From Hormoscilla sp. (GTDB lineage Bacteria > Cyanobacteriota > Cyanobacteriia > Cyanobacteriales > Desertifilaceae), in the NCBI GenBank assembly GCA_051439505.1, contig JBFRWI010000220.1, positions 1 to 38,284 of the forward strand: 38,284 nt of DNA. The letters run 5' to 3'. Both the position numbers and the translations under genes were made by a program. Positions 8,889 through 18,478 of the stretch are shown here, one piece after another. The notes beneath the pieces were generated by a model, which was not told the origin of the DNA, ran no database searches, and saw only the letters and a list, made by a program, of their open reading frames with translations. Within the stretch, counting starts at the first letter, position 1, and every line of letters begins with the position of its first letter.

Positions 8889-9959
8889 TCAGCTCTTTTC
8901 CAGAGGAACGCCACCTCCCTGGCTGGACCGGTAGGCTGCTTCGACGCAGGACATGGTGACGAAGGCATCTTCCACCGAAGTGGGCAAGGGGCGAGATGGG
9001 TCTTCCAACTTGCGCATCAGGCTGGACATGGAACCGATGAAGGCTTCGGGGAACCACGACCCCCGGATCTCGTGGCGTTGCCACGACCCTTCGCCCTCCC
9101 CCCGCAGCAGGCAGACTTCAAATTCATCGCCAGTTCCCTTGGGATAATCCATCAGCACGCCCAGGCGGATCTTGATGGCTCCTTGGGTGCCCTCGAATTT
9201 CAAATAGGATTCCTGATGTTTCAGACCAAACTCATGACAGTGGTTGGTATTGATGGTGGCCCGGACAAACTCGCCATAGTCCAACATCAAGGTCGTGCGC
9301 ACCGAGGCCATCTTCATCATCTTGGGGTGCTTGACCGTTTTGGCGTAAACCCCCTTGGGATCCCCCAAGAATGAGCGGATGAGGTCGATATAGTGGATGC
9401 TGTGGTAAAGGATTTCCACCCGCTGGCACTTTTCCAAGAAGTCCCATAAATGCCAGGGGGTGTAAACCGTGACCCGCATCTCAATGTCGTGAAGCTCGCC
9501 CAGGTGACCTTCTTCGATCAGGTGGCGGGCCGCAATCACTGGCGGTGCCGTGCGCAACTGAAAATTAACCGCCGCAGTGTACTCCCGTTCGCGACAGATG
9601 CTCAACACCTGACGTGCCTGAGCTAGATCCTCGCCCATGGGCTTTTGGATCAATATCCCAGCCCCGAGGGGAAACTTGGGCAGCAGCCCCGGCAAAGCCG
9701 AAGCCGGTACCGCGATATCGAAGACTGCGTTTGCTGGAGCATTGGCTACAGCTTCTTCAACACTAGCGTAAACTTTGGGAATGGAGAATTTTTGAGCTAG
9801 CGATACTGCTTTGGACTGCTTGATATCAATAATTCCTGCTACCTTAAAACCAGCGATCTGATATGCTGGCAGGTGAGCATCGGATACAATGCCACCAGCA
9901 CCGATAATTACTATGGGTCGCGGCTGGTCGGGCATGGGAATTTGGTCGTCGATCTGCAT
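8889..9959 (-). CDS. Gfo/Idh/MocA family NAD(P)-dependent oxidoreductase
   Basis: IIGAGGIV, LIQKPMG, AVNFQLR and YHSIHYID. The start is placed at ATG 9959 (RBS GGAG) because the longer ORF begins inside a repeat. Confidence 0.88.
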   Translation of the reverse strand: MQIDDQIPMPDQPRPIVIIGAGGIVSDAHLPAYQIAGFKVAGIIDIKQSKAVSLAQKFSIPKVYASVEEAVANAPANAVFDIAVPASALPGLLPKFPLGAGILIQKPMGEDLAQARQVLSICREREYTAAVNFQLRTAPPVIAARHLIEEGHLGELHDIEMRVTVYTPWHLWDFLEKCQRVEILYHSIHYIDLIRSFLGDPKGVYAKTVKHPKMMKMASVRTTLMLDYGEFVRATINTNHCHEFGLKHQESYLKFEGTQGAIKIRLGVLMDYPKGTGDEFEVCLLRGEGEGSWQRHEIRGSWFPEAFIGSMSSLMRKLEDPSRPLPTSVEDAFVTMSCVEAAYRSSQGGGVPLEKS

Positions 9960-9968
9960 GACTCCACT

Positions 9969-10071
9969 TAAAAAATTCAAAATTCACAATTCACAATTCA
10001 CAATTGGGAAAGCCATTGAGAACAAGGGTTTCAGCTTTTCGGCCTATGCAATTTAAATGCGTGACAGCTTA
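9969..10071. mobile_element. Short dispersed MITE-like element, copy 3
   Basis: AATTCAA/AATTCAC heptamers, then TTTCGGCCTATGCAATTTAAATGCGTGACAGCTTA as in 171-308. Confidence 0.65.
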
Positions 10072-10154
10072 TTGGCTGACAAGTCCCTCAAACTGTAAAG
10101 GGTAATGTCTACTTTTTCTAGTATATAGCAAGGCTAAATCAATGGTTTAAGAAA

Positions 10155-10976
10155 TCACTTGATTTTTTTCCGTTTAGAGAAAATCAAGTCTATATATCCC
10201 CGTTTAGCTATGCGATCCTTCAGTAATTCACTGCTAGCTATTTCTAATTCCCCTATTTTATTAATCACGTACATAGAATAGTTTTTCTCTTGAAAAAAAT
10301 AGAGCAAGTCTGTTGGAGAAAACCCTAGTTCAGTTAAACTGCTTGGCATATATTCTAAAGCCACTACTACATCAGGATTAGCTGCCAAAGTTTTGGCCAT
10401 TCCTAAACAAACAGGTAATTCATATCCCTGAACATCAATTTTGATAAATTTTACAACTTTATTTTCCAATTTTTCTGCTACAAAACTGTCAACAGACAAC
10501 ATAGGAACAGAAGAAATCTTACTTAAATCAATCCCAGATTCCTGATATTCTTTAGTAGCGATTCTGTGATCGGCATGATGGTTTTCGTTATGCCAAAGTT
10601 GTACGGTGCCGTTGCTGTCTCCCACAGCAGCTTGAATCGGAATAATTTTTTCAATGGACTTGTGGACTTTGATAATTTCCCGAAGACTCAAAAAGTTTGT
10701 TTCATCAGGTTCAAAAGCATAGACAGTAAACCCGGGAGTCATTGCTTTAGAGAAAATCGTAGCGGTATAGCCTATATTTGCCCCAATATCTAATATGTTT
10801 CCTCCTTTGAAAATATCGGGATACTGCTGAGTTAGTCCCCAAAAAGGATCTTCTAAATATTTTTTATATAAAAAATAACAAAACCAGAATATTTTTTTTA
10901 ACCAGGGATTTCCTAGTAAACCAGTCTTATTGACTGAGCTATAGATAGATAGTAATAATTTCTGAAAAAATGGCAT
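10155..10976 (-). CDS. FkbM family methyltransferase
   Basis: ILDIGANIG, VYAFEP, AAVGD and FIKIDVQGYE. Confidence 0.9.
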   Translation of the reverse strand: MPFFQKLLLSIYSSVNKTGLLGNPWLKKIFWFCYFLYKKYLEDPFWGLTQQYPDIFKGGNILDIGANIGYTATIFSKAMTPGFTVYAFEPDETNFLSLREIIKVHKSIEKIIPIQAAVGDSNGTVQLWHNENHHADHRIATKEYQESGIDLSKISSVPMLSVDSFVAEKLENKVVKFIKIDVQGYELPVCLGMAKTLAANPDVVVALEYMPSSLTELGFSPTDLLYFFQEKNYSMYVINKIGELEIASSELLKDRIAKRGYIDLIFSKRKKIK

Positions 10977-11082
10977 TGATTATTCACCTATAGATATAAT
11001 TTTGCTGGAGCAGTTAACAAAGTATTAATCCCTCCCAATCCTCCTGGGGGAATTAGTGTTTTTCAATTGGGAGTATGTCAGA

Positions 11083-11853
11083 TCACGTCCTAACCTGTAA
11101 GGCAGTATGTAAAATCATATTTAAAAGTTGGAAACCGCCTTGGATATGTTTAATATTTGATTTCCCATAAGTCCTTGGTAAATATTTTACAGGAATATCC
11201 TGAATAGTTAAGCCAAGTTTTTGGCACCCAATGAGCAAATCAAAATCTCCAAAAGGATCGTATTTACCAAAGTCTGGCCAATTGGCTACTATCTGGAGAT
11301 AGTTTTCTTTGGTAATAGCTTTAGTTCCACAAAGGGAATCCTTAATTTCGACTCCCAATATGATTGATAGCAGTTTAGCCAAAAAGCGATTAGCAAGTTG
11401 ATTGAGCAATGGCATCGCTTTCAATGATACTGGATAGGTCAGTCGCGATCCATTCGCCATCTGACAATCACCTGAAGCGATCGCATCGAAAAATTTGGTT
11501 AATTCTTCGGGCTGAACGGTTAAGTCAGAATCTAGAATGATCAGGACATCACCTGTTGCCATGTTAAAACCCTGACGAACAGCATCGGCTTTTCCTTCAC
11601 CATTCTGCTGACATATTTTGATATCCCATTGCTCCTGATATAAACTCTTAACTCTCTTGATTTCTTCCCAAGTATTGTCTGAGGAATTCTTCTCAATAAA
11701 GATAATTTCTGTATGCTTGCCTAGTTTTGGCATTTTGGTAATGCAATCTTCAATATTACCGGCTTCGTTTCGGGCGGGTATAATTACACTTGCAGTCATT
11801 TGATAACCGGTGAATTCTTTTTGACAGGTATGGTATTCGAGATTTCTTTCCAT
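11083..11853 (-). CDS. Glycosyltransferase family 2 (dolichol/undecaprenyl-phosphate glycosyltransferase-like)
   Basis: SVIIPARNE, SSDNT, GKADAVRQG, ILDSDL, GSR and DSLCGTK. The start is placed at ATG 11853, which has AGGAGA 8 nt upstream. Confidence 0.88.
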   Translation of the reverse strand: MERNLEYHTCQKEFTGYQMTASVIIPARNEAGNIEDCITKMPKLGKHTEIIFIEKNSSDNTWEEIKRVKSLYQEQWDIKICQQNGEGKADAVRQGFNMATGDVLIILDSDLTVQPEELTKFFDAIASGDCQMANGSRLTYPVSLKAMPLLNQLANRFLAKLLSIILGVEIKDSLCGTKAITKENYLQIVANWPDFGKYDPFGDFDLLIGCQKLGLTIQDIPVKYLPRTYGKSNIKHIQGGFQLLNMILHTALQVRT

Positions 11854-12169
11854 TGAGATGATCTCCTGACTTTCTTCCTTAGGTATGACTGAGATACACC
11901 AGGGGGCGGGAGCCATACAGCAAAGACACTTATGTAACTTCTCACCGGTCTCGGGGCCGCGATCGGGTCGCGCCCCCTGGGCTTTCACAGTAATTAAACC
12001 ACGCTCACTCAAGTTGCGACCTACACAAACACAATGCCCAAATTTGCTGGACCCTGCCCTTTTCTAGTGCCAATATAGACTATCTTCATTTTGCCAAATA
12101 GCCTTTCTCAAAAACTCCGTCTTAGGTTATAAAACAACTCCGTCTTCAGGTCTATTTTTCGATGTAGCA

Positions 12170-12258
12170 ACTGACTGAGATGTACCAGGGGGCGGGAGCC
12201 TGGTCACGAAGGGTTTACAGCGATGAACATGTCTCTTGACTCACATTAAGCCGTCAGT
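12170..12258. mobile_element. Possible internally deleted IS/MITE remnant
   Basis: Imperfect inverted ends ACTGAC...GTCAGT. The left 29 bp (12172-12200, TGACTGAGATgtACCAGGGGGCGGGAGCC) recur with 2 mismatches at 11886-11914. Confidence 0.4.
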
Positions 12259-12270
12259 AAACAGCTAAAC

Positions 12271-12445
12271 TTAATACCTTGGCCGGTTGGGTTTCGTGCC
12301 TCTACCCAACCTACGAATTACGAACTTGACATCAATTTAATACCTTGGCCGGTTGGGTTTCGTGCCTCTACCCAACCTACGAATTACGAACTTGACATCA
12401 AATTAACACCAAGTCCAGTTGGGTTTCGTGCCTCTACTCAACCTA
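12271..12445. repeat. Tandem array of a 66-bp unit (~2.6 copies) containing the REP-like hairpin GTTGGG-TTTCGTGCCTCTA-CCCAAC
   Basis: Units start at 12271, 12337 and 12403. Confidence 0.9.
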
Positions 12446-14306
12446 TAAACTCCTGCACAATGGTTCCCGATCGCCTGGTGCTGGTGGGCGGTGCCCACCC
12501 TACTTTTTGACTGGTTGAGTTTCGTGGCTCAAGCAAACCTGCGATATTCAACTTTACACGATCGCGTAATCGTTGGCCGACTTTTTCTATCAGTTCTCCG
12601 ACTAACGTTTGCATTTGGGGCTTGAAGAAAATTTCTATGATTGCTAATGCCTCTTGACGATCTAAATTTGTCAATTCCAGGATCTGGGACTGAAGTTTTT
12701 GCAGCATTTCCTGGTTGAGATATTGCCAATTACCTGGGTTAGATGCAAGTACCAAACCTATTTTGGCTGTCACTTCCTCGAAGCCATTCACCAAAAGTGA
12801 TTCTGTTCCTGTTACTATTTCATCCACTAGGGCCCTGCGCACTGGCGTTCCCTGGTTTGAGTATAAAAACTCTAAGCTGCCAGTCAAAACGGTTCGCATA
12901 TTCCATTCGGGACTATCTCGCATCTGAGATAAGAGTACCTCTAATAACTCCCACCTGATTTTCCCATTTTCCCACAAGAGTTCTTGCAGACAGGAAGTCA
13001 ATTTTTTATCCGTCAACAATCTTTGGGCCACATAGGGATATATTTGACCAAATGGCTTCAACTCGGGATTGACTGCGATCGCCACTCCTTCTAAGGTTGC
13101 TAAGGAGCGAAAAATGAGCAAATAATAAGTAGGCAAGCGAAAGGGATGCTTGTAGATCAATGGGGAAAGCTTCTTAATCACGCTATTGATGCCAAATTCC
13201 GTTACCGAAGCAGTCAACACCTTGCCAAAAATATCCGCTAGTTCGGGAACGAGAAAGTTCAGATCGGTTTCCGGGGGCAAAAACCCTAGCTTAACATAAT
13301 CTTGGGCTAATCCTTCAAAGTCACCCGTGAGGATATGCATAATAGATTCGATGAAGCTATAGCGATATTCGGCGGTCACAAAGCTCATCATCCCGAAGTC
13401 TATATAGGCTAACTTACCCTCGGGGGTCGCTAATAAATTCCCCGGGTGGGGGTCCGCATGAAAAAAGCCGCTTTCCAGCAGTTGTCGCACGGAACAGTTG
13501 TATCCGAGATTGACAAAGTGGACCCCATCAAAGCGGCCACTATTCAACTGTTCGATTTCAGTTAATTTTACTCCTGCAATCCATTCCATTGTCAGCACCC
13601 GCTGGCCGGTATATTCCCAGTAAATGCGCGGGACGATAATGTTATTGTTGTTGGCATACAGTTTCCCAAAGCGTTCGGCATTGCGACCTTCGTTGATGTA
13701 GTCTAATTCTTCAAACAAGCGGCTAGCCAATTCGTCGATCAGGGCCATGAGATCGCTGTGAATGAAGGAGATAGATTTTTGCGCCCAGGCGGCAATTTGC
13801 CGCAGGATGTAAAGATCTAGGGAAATGCTCGATCGCAAACCCGGACGCTGCACCTTTATTGCTACGGTTTCCCCGGTTTTTAGTTTTCCTTTATAAACTT
13901 GCCCGAAGGAGGCGGCGGCCACGGGTTCGGCACTGATTTCGGCATAGATGCGATCGGGTGTTTGTCCCAGTTCTTCGGCGATCAATTCATAGGCGATCGC
14001 ATTGGGGAAGGAAGGTAATTGGTCTTGTAAATTGGTAAGTTCTTCAATATATATCGGCGGAATGATGTCGGGACGACAGGAGAGGATTTGTCCCAGTTTA
14101 ATGAAAGTCGGTCCCAGTTGGGTCAGGATTTGCCGCAGTTGCACCGCCCTAGGGGGCTGATTTTTCTGGATGCTACCGGTCAACCAGTCCCATAGCAAAG
14201 GGATGGCAAAGCCGACTGAGGTGCGGAAAATCGTCAAGCGCCGTCCCCATAGCAGTCCCGGACGCTGGCGATAAGACTTGTTCAAGGCTTGTGGATCGTA
14301 ATGCAA
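12438..14306 (-). CDS. ABC1/AarF/UbiB family atypical kinase
   Basis: LGPTFIKLGQILS, LQD, VAAASFGQVYKG, AIKVQRP, EELDY, FFHADPHPGN and YIDFGM. The TTG start is uncertain. Confidence 0.92.
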   Translation of the reverse strand: MHYDPQALNKSYRQRPGLLWGRRLTIFRTSVGFAIPLLWDWLTGSIQKNQPPRAVQLRQILTQLGPTFIKLGQILSCRPDIIPPIYIEELTNLQDQLPSFPNAIAYELIAEELGQTPDRIYAEISAEPVAAASFGQVYKGKLKTGETVAIKVQRPGLRSSISLDLYILRQIAAWAQKSISFIHSDLMALIDELASRLFEELDYINEGRNAERFGKLYANNNNIIVPRIYWEYTGQRVLTMEWIAGVKLTEIEQLNSGRFDGVHFVNLGYNCSVRQLLESGFFHADPHPGNLLATPEGKLAYIDFGMMSFVTAEYRYSFIESIMHILTGDFEGLAQDYVKLGFLPPETDLNFLVPELADIFGKVLTASVTEFGINSVIKKLSPLIYKHPFRLPTYYLLIFRSLATLEGVAIAVNPELKPFGQIYPYVAQRLLTDKKLTSCLQELLWENGKIRWELLEVLLSQMRDSPEWNMRTVLTGSLEFLYSNQGTPVRRALVDEIVTGTESLLVNGFEEVTAKIGLVLASNPGNWQYLNQEMLQKLQSQILELTNLDRQEALAIIEIFFKPQMQTLVGELIEKVGQRLRDRVKLNIAGLLEPRNSTSQKVGWAPPTSTRRSGTIVQEFIG

Positions 14307-14462
14307 GGTTTTTCTAGTCGCGTGTTTTTTCTATTTTCTCATGCCCGCGCGATCGGGGGCATCTCTATCCTAGCATAATATAAGCATTTTTGCTCAAAGC
14401 GCCGATCCAGCCGCTGGGCTCACCACCGGACCTGGGAATGAGGGCCCAGGACAATCCCAGAT

Positions 14463-14494
14463 TTGTAGAATCTTGACAGGGGTGATATAATCAC
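14463..14494 (+). promoter_or_regulatory. Sigma70-type promoter for the tubulin-like gene, with an inverted repeat over the -10 box
   Basis: TTGTAG (14463-14468), 17 bp, TATAAT (14486-14491) with extended TG. The palindrome GTGAT-ATA-ATCAC spans 14482-14494. Confidence 0.6.
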
Positions 14495-14585
14495 ATCACA
14501 TGTTAAGCAGACAATTGTAGGAGAAAACAAAAAGGATTAACACCGATAATATTATAATTATCTGCGTGGGGAGAAGATTACGACG

Positions 14586-17500
14586 ATGAAATCTACCGGT
14601 AACGAAGGACAGTTTCGCGGTATTAACCGCACGATTTGTATCGGATTAGGCGGAACGGGTCGCGACGTGTTGATGCGCATCCGCAGGTTAATTGTAGACC
14701 GCTATGGGGATTTGAGCAACCTACCAATTGTCAGTTTTGTCCACATTGACACTGATAAAGCAGCGTCCCAAGCATCGGGTTTGCGCACGGGGAGTACCTA
14801 TCATGGTGTTGACCTCAGCTTTCGGGAGGCGGAAAAGGTGAATGCGACTATGACTTCCACGGAAGTGACTAATTTTGTCCGGGGATTGGAAGGTCGAGAG
14901 ACATTCGATCGCCAAGGGCCCTACGCTCATATTGGTCGCTGGTTTCCCCCGCAACTGCTGCGAAACATTAAAGCAGTAGAAGAGGGTGCCAAAGGGATTA
15001 GACCTGTGGGTAGATTGGCTTTTTTTCATAACTATCGCCTGCTGAAAGGGGCAATAGAAGCAGCAGAACGGCGCACTCGGGGACATGAGGCCAGTTTACT
15101 CAAATCAGGGTTAAAGGTCGATCGGGGACTGAATATATTTGTGGTCTGTTCTCTCTGCGGCGGCACTGGTAGCGGCATGTTCCTGGATGTTGCTTATAGT
15201 CTCAGGCGAGATTACGGCGATCGGGGGGCCCAAATTGTCGGCTATTTAGTAATTAGTCCTCACTTGTACGGTAACGCGCCCAATATGAGCGCTAATACCT
15301 ACGCTGCGTTGAAAGAACTGAATCATTATACAACTCCGGGCACCAAGTTTGAAGCTTGTTACGATATGCGAGAATTGGCGATCGTGCAGGAAGAACGTCC
15401 GCCCTTTGACTACGCCTATTTAGTTTCCCACCAGACTTCGGGCCCCTATGAAATTTTTGCCCAAAGTAAGCTATGTAACGTGATTGCTCGGAAAATATCT
15501 CTGGACTTTTCCAGCGAACTGGGACCCGTGATGAAGGGGATGAGGGATAATTTCCTACAGCAGTTGCTGCAATGGGACGACCACCCCCGTCCGAATGTCC
15601 AGCGCTATTTAACTTTTGGACTGGCGGCAATTTATTTCCCCCGGGATATTATCGTGCAAATTGCTTTGACTCGGATTAGTTGGCAACTGGTGAATTTCTG
15701 GTTGAATGGGGAAGGACAAAGTCCCGATCCGCAACTGTTACTGGAACGTTTCCTGCTCACTTGGCATACGGATCTAAATCGTCGAGATGGGTTCGCTACT
15801 AAGCTGGAAGCTGCTGCGACAGAAGGTAACAAGAATTTTAGAAGTGCAATTAATGCCTGGAGGAATAAGCTAGAAAGAAGAATTGCTGATTGCCAAAATA
15901 AGGAAGATCGGATGGCCCTCAGACAGCAGTTGCCCCGGGAGTTTCGCGAACAATTCCGCAAAAATATGGCCGGAGATACGGAAAGTAGCCGTGGGATTTG
16001 GTTGACTAGGTTGCAACAGATTCGTCCCAGTCTGACAGCAAAATTACAGCGGGAGATTGATGGCTTTTTGGCGACTTTACTCACTCCGGGAAACCGGGAT
16101 TTCTCCATTAAAAGTACCCGGGACTGGTTGGAGGCGATCGCCACGGAACTGAATGCTTGGCAACGGGCGCTTGAAGAGCAAATTATGGAGCAAGGGGGGA
16201 CGCGCCAACTGGAAGATTTAGAGCGCCAATGGCAAGATGCCGAGCAGATAATTGCTGATATCGAGCAGAAGTTTAGACCCGTAGGGAAAAATGCTCAAGT
16301 GCAAGGGGAAGCGAAAAGGGTTCTGGGGCAAGTATGCGAGACGATCGAGCATAATTTTAACTTGGCAGTGAAGCAGGAATCCCTGCAAATTGTCAAGACT
16401 TTGCAAAAGCAGGTGCAAACCAGATCGACCAAAGTGGCGGCTTTCAGTCTGTTATTAGAAAATTTGCAGAGTGATTACGAACAAGCGGAAAGGAACTTGA
16501 AGCAACTGAATTTTGATGAGATGAGTGGGGAGGCAATCTTTGAGGAATCAGATTTAGAAAGTTGTTATAATATCTTGTTGCCACCAAAGGAATTTCGCTC
16601 TCAGTTGGTGCAAGTGAGTGGGGAATTACCCTCGGGACGGGGAGAATCTCTCGCTGGTTTGATCGGGGGCGATCGCCTGACGCCCAAACAACTGCAAAAG
16701 GAAATCGACCTGACAGTCGATCGGTTGTTTGGTTCTCGCAGCACGAATATTGTGAATTCGGCGATCGCCAGCTTCATGGAAAACTACTCCAGCGCCACCC
16801 GATCGACCCGCTTGGGACAAATTATGCAGGAAGCTGCGCCCCTGCTGCGCCTGAACTTGAGCGACCCCTATTTCCGCAATAGCGAGTCCAAAAGTAGTAC
16901 GATCGTGGGGTTTAAGGATGCGGACGAGCAGGAAATAAAAGAGTTCAAAGCCTTACTGAGAGAGGAGTTAGGAATTGCCGACGCCGTACTGAAGCCAACC
17001 CAAACCTCCTCGGAAATTTTAATCGTGACCGAGTACGCTGGTTTTCCCTTGAGACTGATCGAGGGTTTAGAGGAGATGCGCAAACCCTACAGTCGTCAAA
17101 AGAATGCCCCGGGATCTTTTGTCCATAACGACCATAACAGTTTATTTGCTGATATCATCCCTCCCGATGCGGGCACAATGGAGGAATTGGAGGATCTGTT
17201 CTATTCTTGCCTCGCCTTTAATTTAATTCAGCAAAACTCGGAAAAGTTGCAATTTCAATATTATGATAGCTTGCGAGATGGCTACCATACTGCTACTCTC
17301 AGTCCCGTCTGGCATCAAGCCCTCGAAGAACTCGCTAACCGAGAAGATTTGATTGCAGCTTTGCGCTCACTGCTGTCCCGGGCGATCGGGGAAATAGAAA
17401 AACAGCCCTCCCGCTGGAAAGGACATTATTTACCCAAGCTGCGACAATTTGTTCATCAAGTGGATAATTTACCAGAATCTGATGCTAATTATGCCTACAG

Positions 17501-17822
17501 AACTACGGTAGTGGGAATTCCCGCCACTACCGAAACGATCGCTAAGGAGGGGGCGATCGATCGCTTTCGCCGTCGCCTCAAAGAACAGTTCCAGTCCAAG
17601 CAGAAGCAAAAACCCATGCTGACTCAAAGTCCTCGCCAGGTGATTAAAGGTGAAATTATGCCAGCGGACGATCGACCTCGCACTCAAACACAAACTAAAA
17701 CTAAAACTCGGGGGGCGGAAGATGGGATGGCAAAACTGAAGCAGTTAGTGCAGATGAAAAAGGAGGGATACTTGACAGACGCCGAATTTGAAGCTGCCAA
17801 AAAACGCCTCTTAGGTCTTTGA
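14586..17822 (+). CDS. Tubulin/FtsZ-like GTPase (Tubulin_2/FtsZ-like 1 type) with long helical region and C-terminal SHOCT domain
   Basis: ICIGLGGTG, FVHIDTD, GAKGIRPVGRLAF, tubulin signature SLCGGTGSG, ANTYAALKEL and PPFD. C-terminal KLKQLVQMKKEGYLTDAEFEAAKKRLL fits SHOCT. Confidence 0.9.
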   Translation: MKSTGNEGQFRGINRTICIGLGGTGRDVLMRIRRLIVDRYGDLSNLPIVSFVHIDTDKAASQASGLRTGSTYHGVDLSFREAEKVNATMTSTEVTNFVRGLEGRETFDRQGPYAHIGRWFPPQLLRNIKAVEEGAKGIRPVGRLAFFHNYRLLKGAIEAAERRTRGHEASLLKSGLKVDRGLNIFVVCSLCGGTGSGMFLDVAYSLRRDYGDRGAQIVGYLVISPHLYGNAPNMSANTYAALKELNHYTTPGTKFEACYDMRELAIVQEERPPFDYAYLVSHQTSGPYEIFAQSKLCNVIARKISLDFSSELGPVMKGMRDNFLQQLLQWDDHPRPNVQRYLTFGLAAIYFPRDIIVQIALTRISWQLVNFWLNGEGQSPDPQLLLERFLLTWHTDLNRRDGFATKLEAAATEGNKNFRSAINAWRNKLERRIADCQNKEDRMALRQQLPREFREQFRKNMAGDTESSRGIWLTRLQQIRPSLTAKLQREIDGFLATLLTPGNRDFSIKSTRDWLEAIATELNAWQRALEEQIMEQGGTRQLEDLERQWQDAEQIIADIEQKFRPVGKNAQVQGEAKRVLGQVCETIEHNFNLAVKQESLQIVKTLQKQVQTRSTKVAAFSLLLENLQSDYEQAERNLKQLNFDEMSGEAIFEESDLESCYNILLPPKEFRSQLVQVSGELPSGRGESLAGLIGGDRLTPKQLQKEIDLTVDRLFGSRSTNIVNSAIASFMENYSSATRSTRLGQIMQEAAPLLRLNLSDPYFRNSESKSSTIVGFKDADEQEIKEFKALLREELGIADAVLKPTQTSSEILIVTEYAGFPLRLIEGLEEMRKPYSRQKNAPGSFVHNDHNSLFADIIPPDAGTMEELEDLFYSCLAFNLIQQNSEKLQFQYYDSLRDGYHTATLSPVWHQALEELANREDLIAALRSLLSRAIGEIEKQPSRWKGHYLPKLRQFVHQVDNLPESDANYAYRTTVVGIPATTETIAKEGAIDRFRRRLKEQFQSKQKQKPMLTQSPRQVIKGEIMPADDRPRTQTQTKTKTRGAEDGMAKLKQLVQMKKEGYLTDAEFEAAKKRLLGL

Positions 17823-17836
17823 TAAGCATCCTCGTC

Positions 17837-18010
17837 ACCCCGAAACCCCCACCCGAAACCCCCACCCGAAACCCCCACCCGTCACCCCCACCCTAAAGGG
17901 TAGGGCTACAAGAACAAAGCCCGCCTGCGCGGGCTGAAGAAAATTACCATTCTTATGTCTGAGATAACCTTCCCCGCCACCCCGAAAACCCCACCCGAAA
18001 CCCCCACCCG
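17837..18010. repeat. 13-nt CCCGAAACCCCCA repeats surrounding a palindromic segment that is duplicated at 21332-21495
   Basis: CCCACCCTAAAGGGTAGGGCTACAAGAACAAAG...GCCTGCGCGGGCTGAAGAAAATTACCATTCTTATGTCT at 17887-17960. Confidence 0.8.
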
Positions 18011-18478
18011 GGAACCACCCGGGAACCTCTACTTTAACTGGAAGCCTAGCCATCTAGGGCTGTCCCGGCTTAAGTTGGTAGCCGTAATTTAGGTCGATCC
18101 TGTTAAAATGGCTGAAACCCTGAGCCTGGGTAGAATGACCTGATCGACCTAAAAGTCCCTCGGTGAAAGGGTTTGATGCCAATTTAGGCCGTTTTTTTCG
18201 CAAAGTTCCCTTAGGTGGATTGTCATTCACTAAGCAAAAGAATTATAATGGAGGAGAAGCAGCAATGAGTGGTTGAGCTACAGTAATCTTTGATGCTCAG
18301 GCCACGGTTCGACCGGCAAGCTCTGGAGGCCAAAGTAGCCTGCGGCTTGGTGGGATAGATAGGCCAGTTGCGCTTGTCGAGACTTGATGAAGTCACGGAT
18401 GTGCTACGCAAACGAGCATTTTGGGGGATATGGAGCTTCCATAATCCTTGAATCGTAAATTTTTCCCAAGGAGGATCT

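Noticed and set aside
11854..12012. N-terminal extensions in the ORF track (also 9960-9980, 19604-19618, 25594-25683)
   Set aside because: They run through repeat or non-coding-looking sequence; downstream ATGs fit RBS position or family N-termini better.
12271..12445. CRISPR-like regular repeats (also 37818-37975 and 33130-33700)
   Set aside because: The intervening sequences are themselves repeated rather than unique spacers, copy numbers are 2-3, the cores are REP-like palindromes and no cas genes are present.
14473..14491. Perfect TTGACA and TATAAT as one promoter
   Set aside because: They are only 7 bp apart; the -10 box pairs properly with TTGTAG 17 bp upstream.
14586..17822. ftsZ or true tubulin
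   Set aside because: 1078 aa with a long helical extension and SHOCT end, no division-cluster context, and motifs that fit the divergent Tubulin_2 family.
18053..18460. Transposase or CRISPR leader
   Set aside because: Only a short inverted repeat and an IS-end-like stretch; no transposase frame, matching second end or adjacent array.
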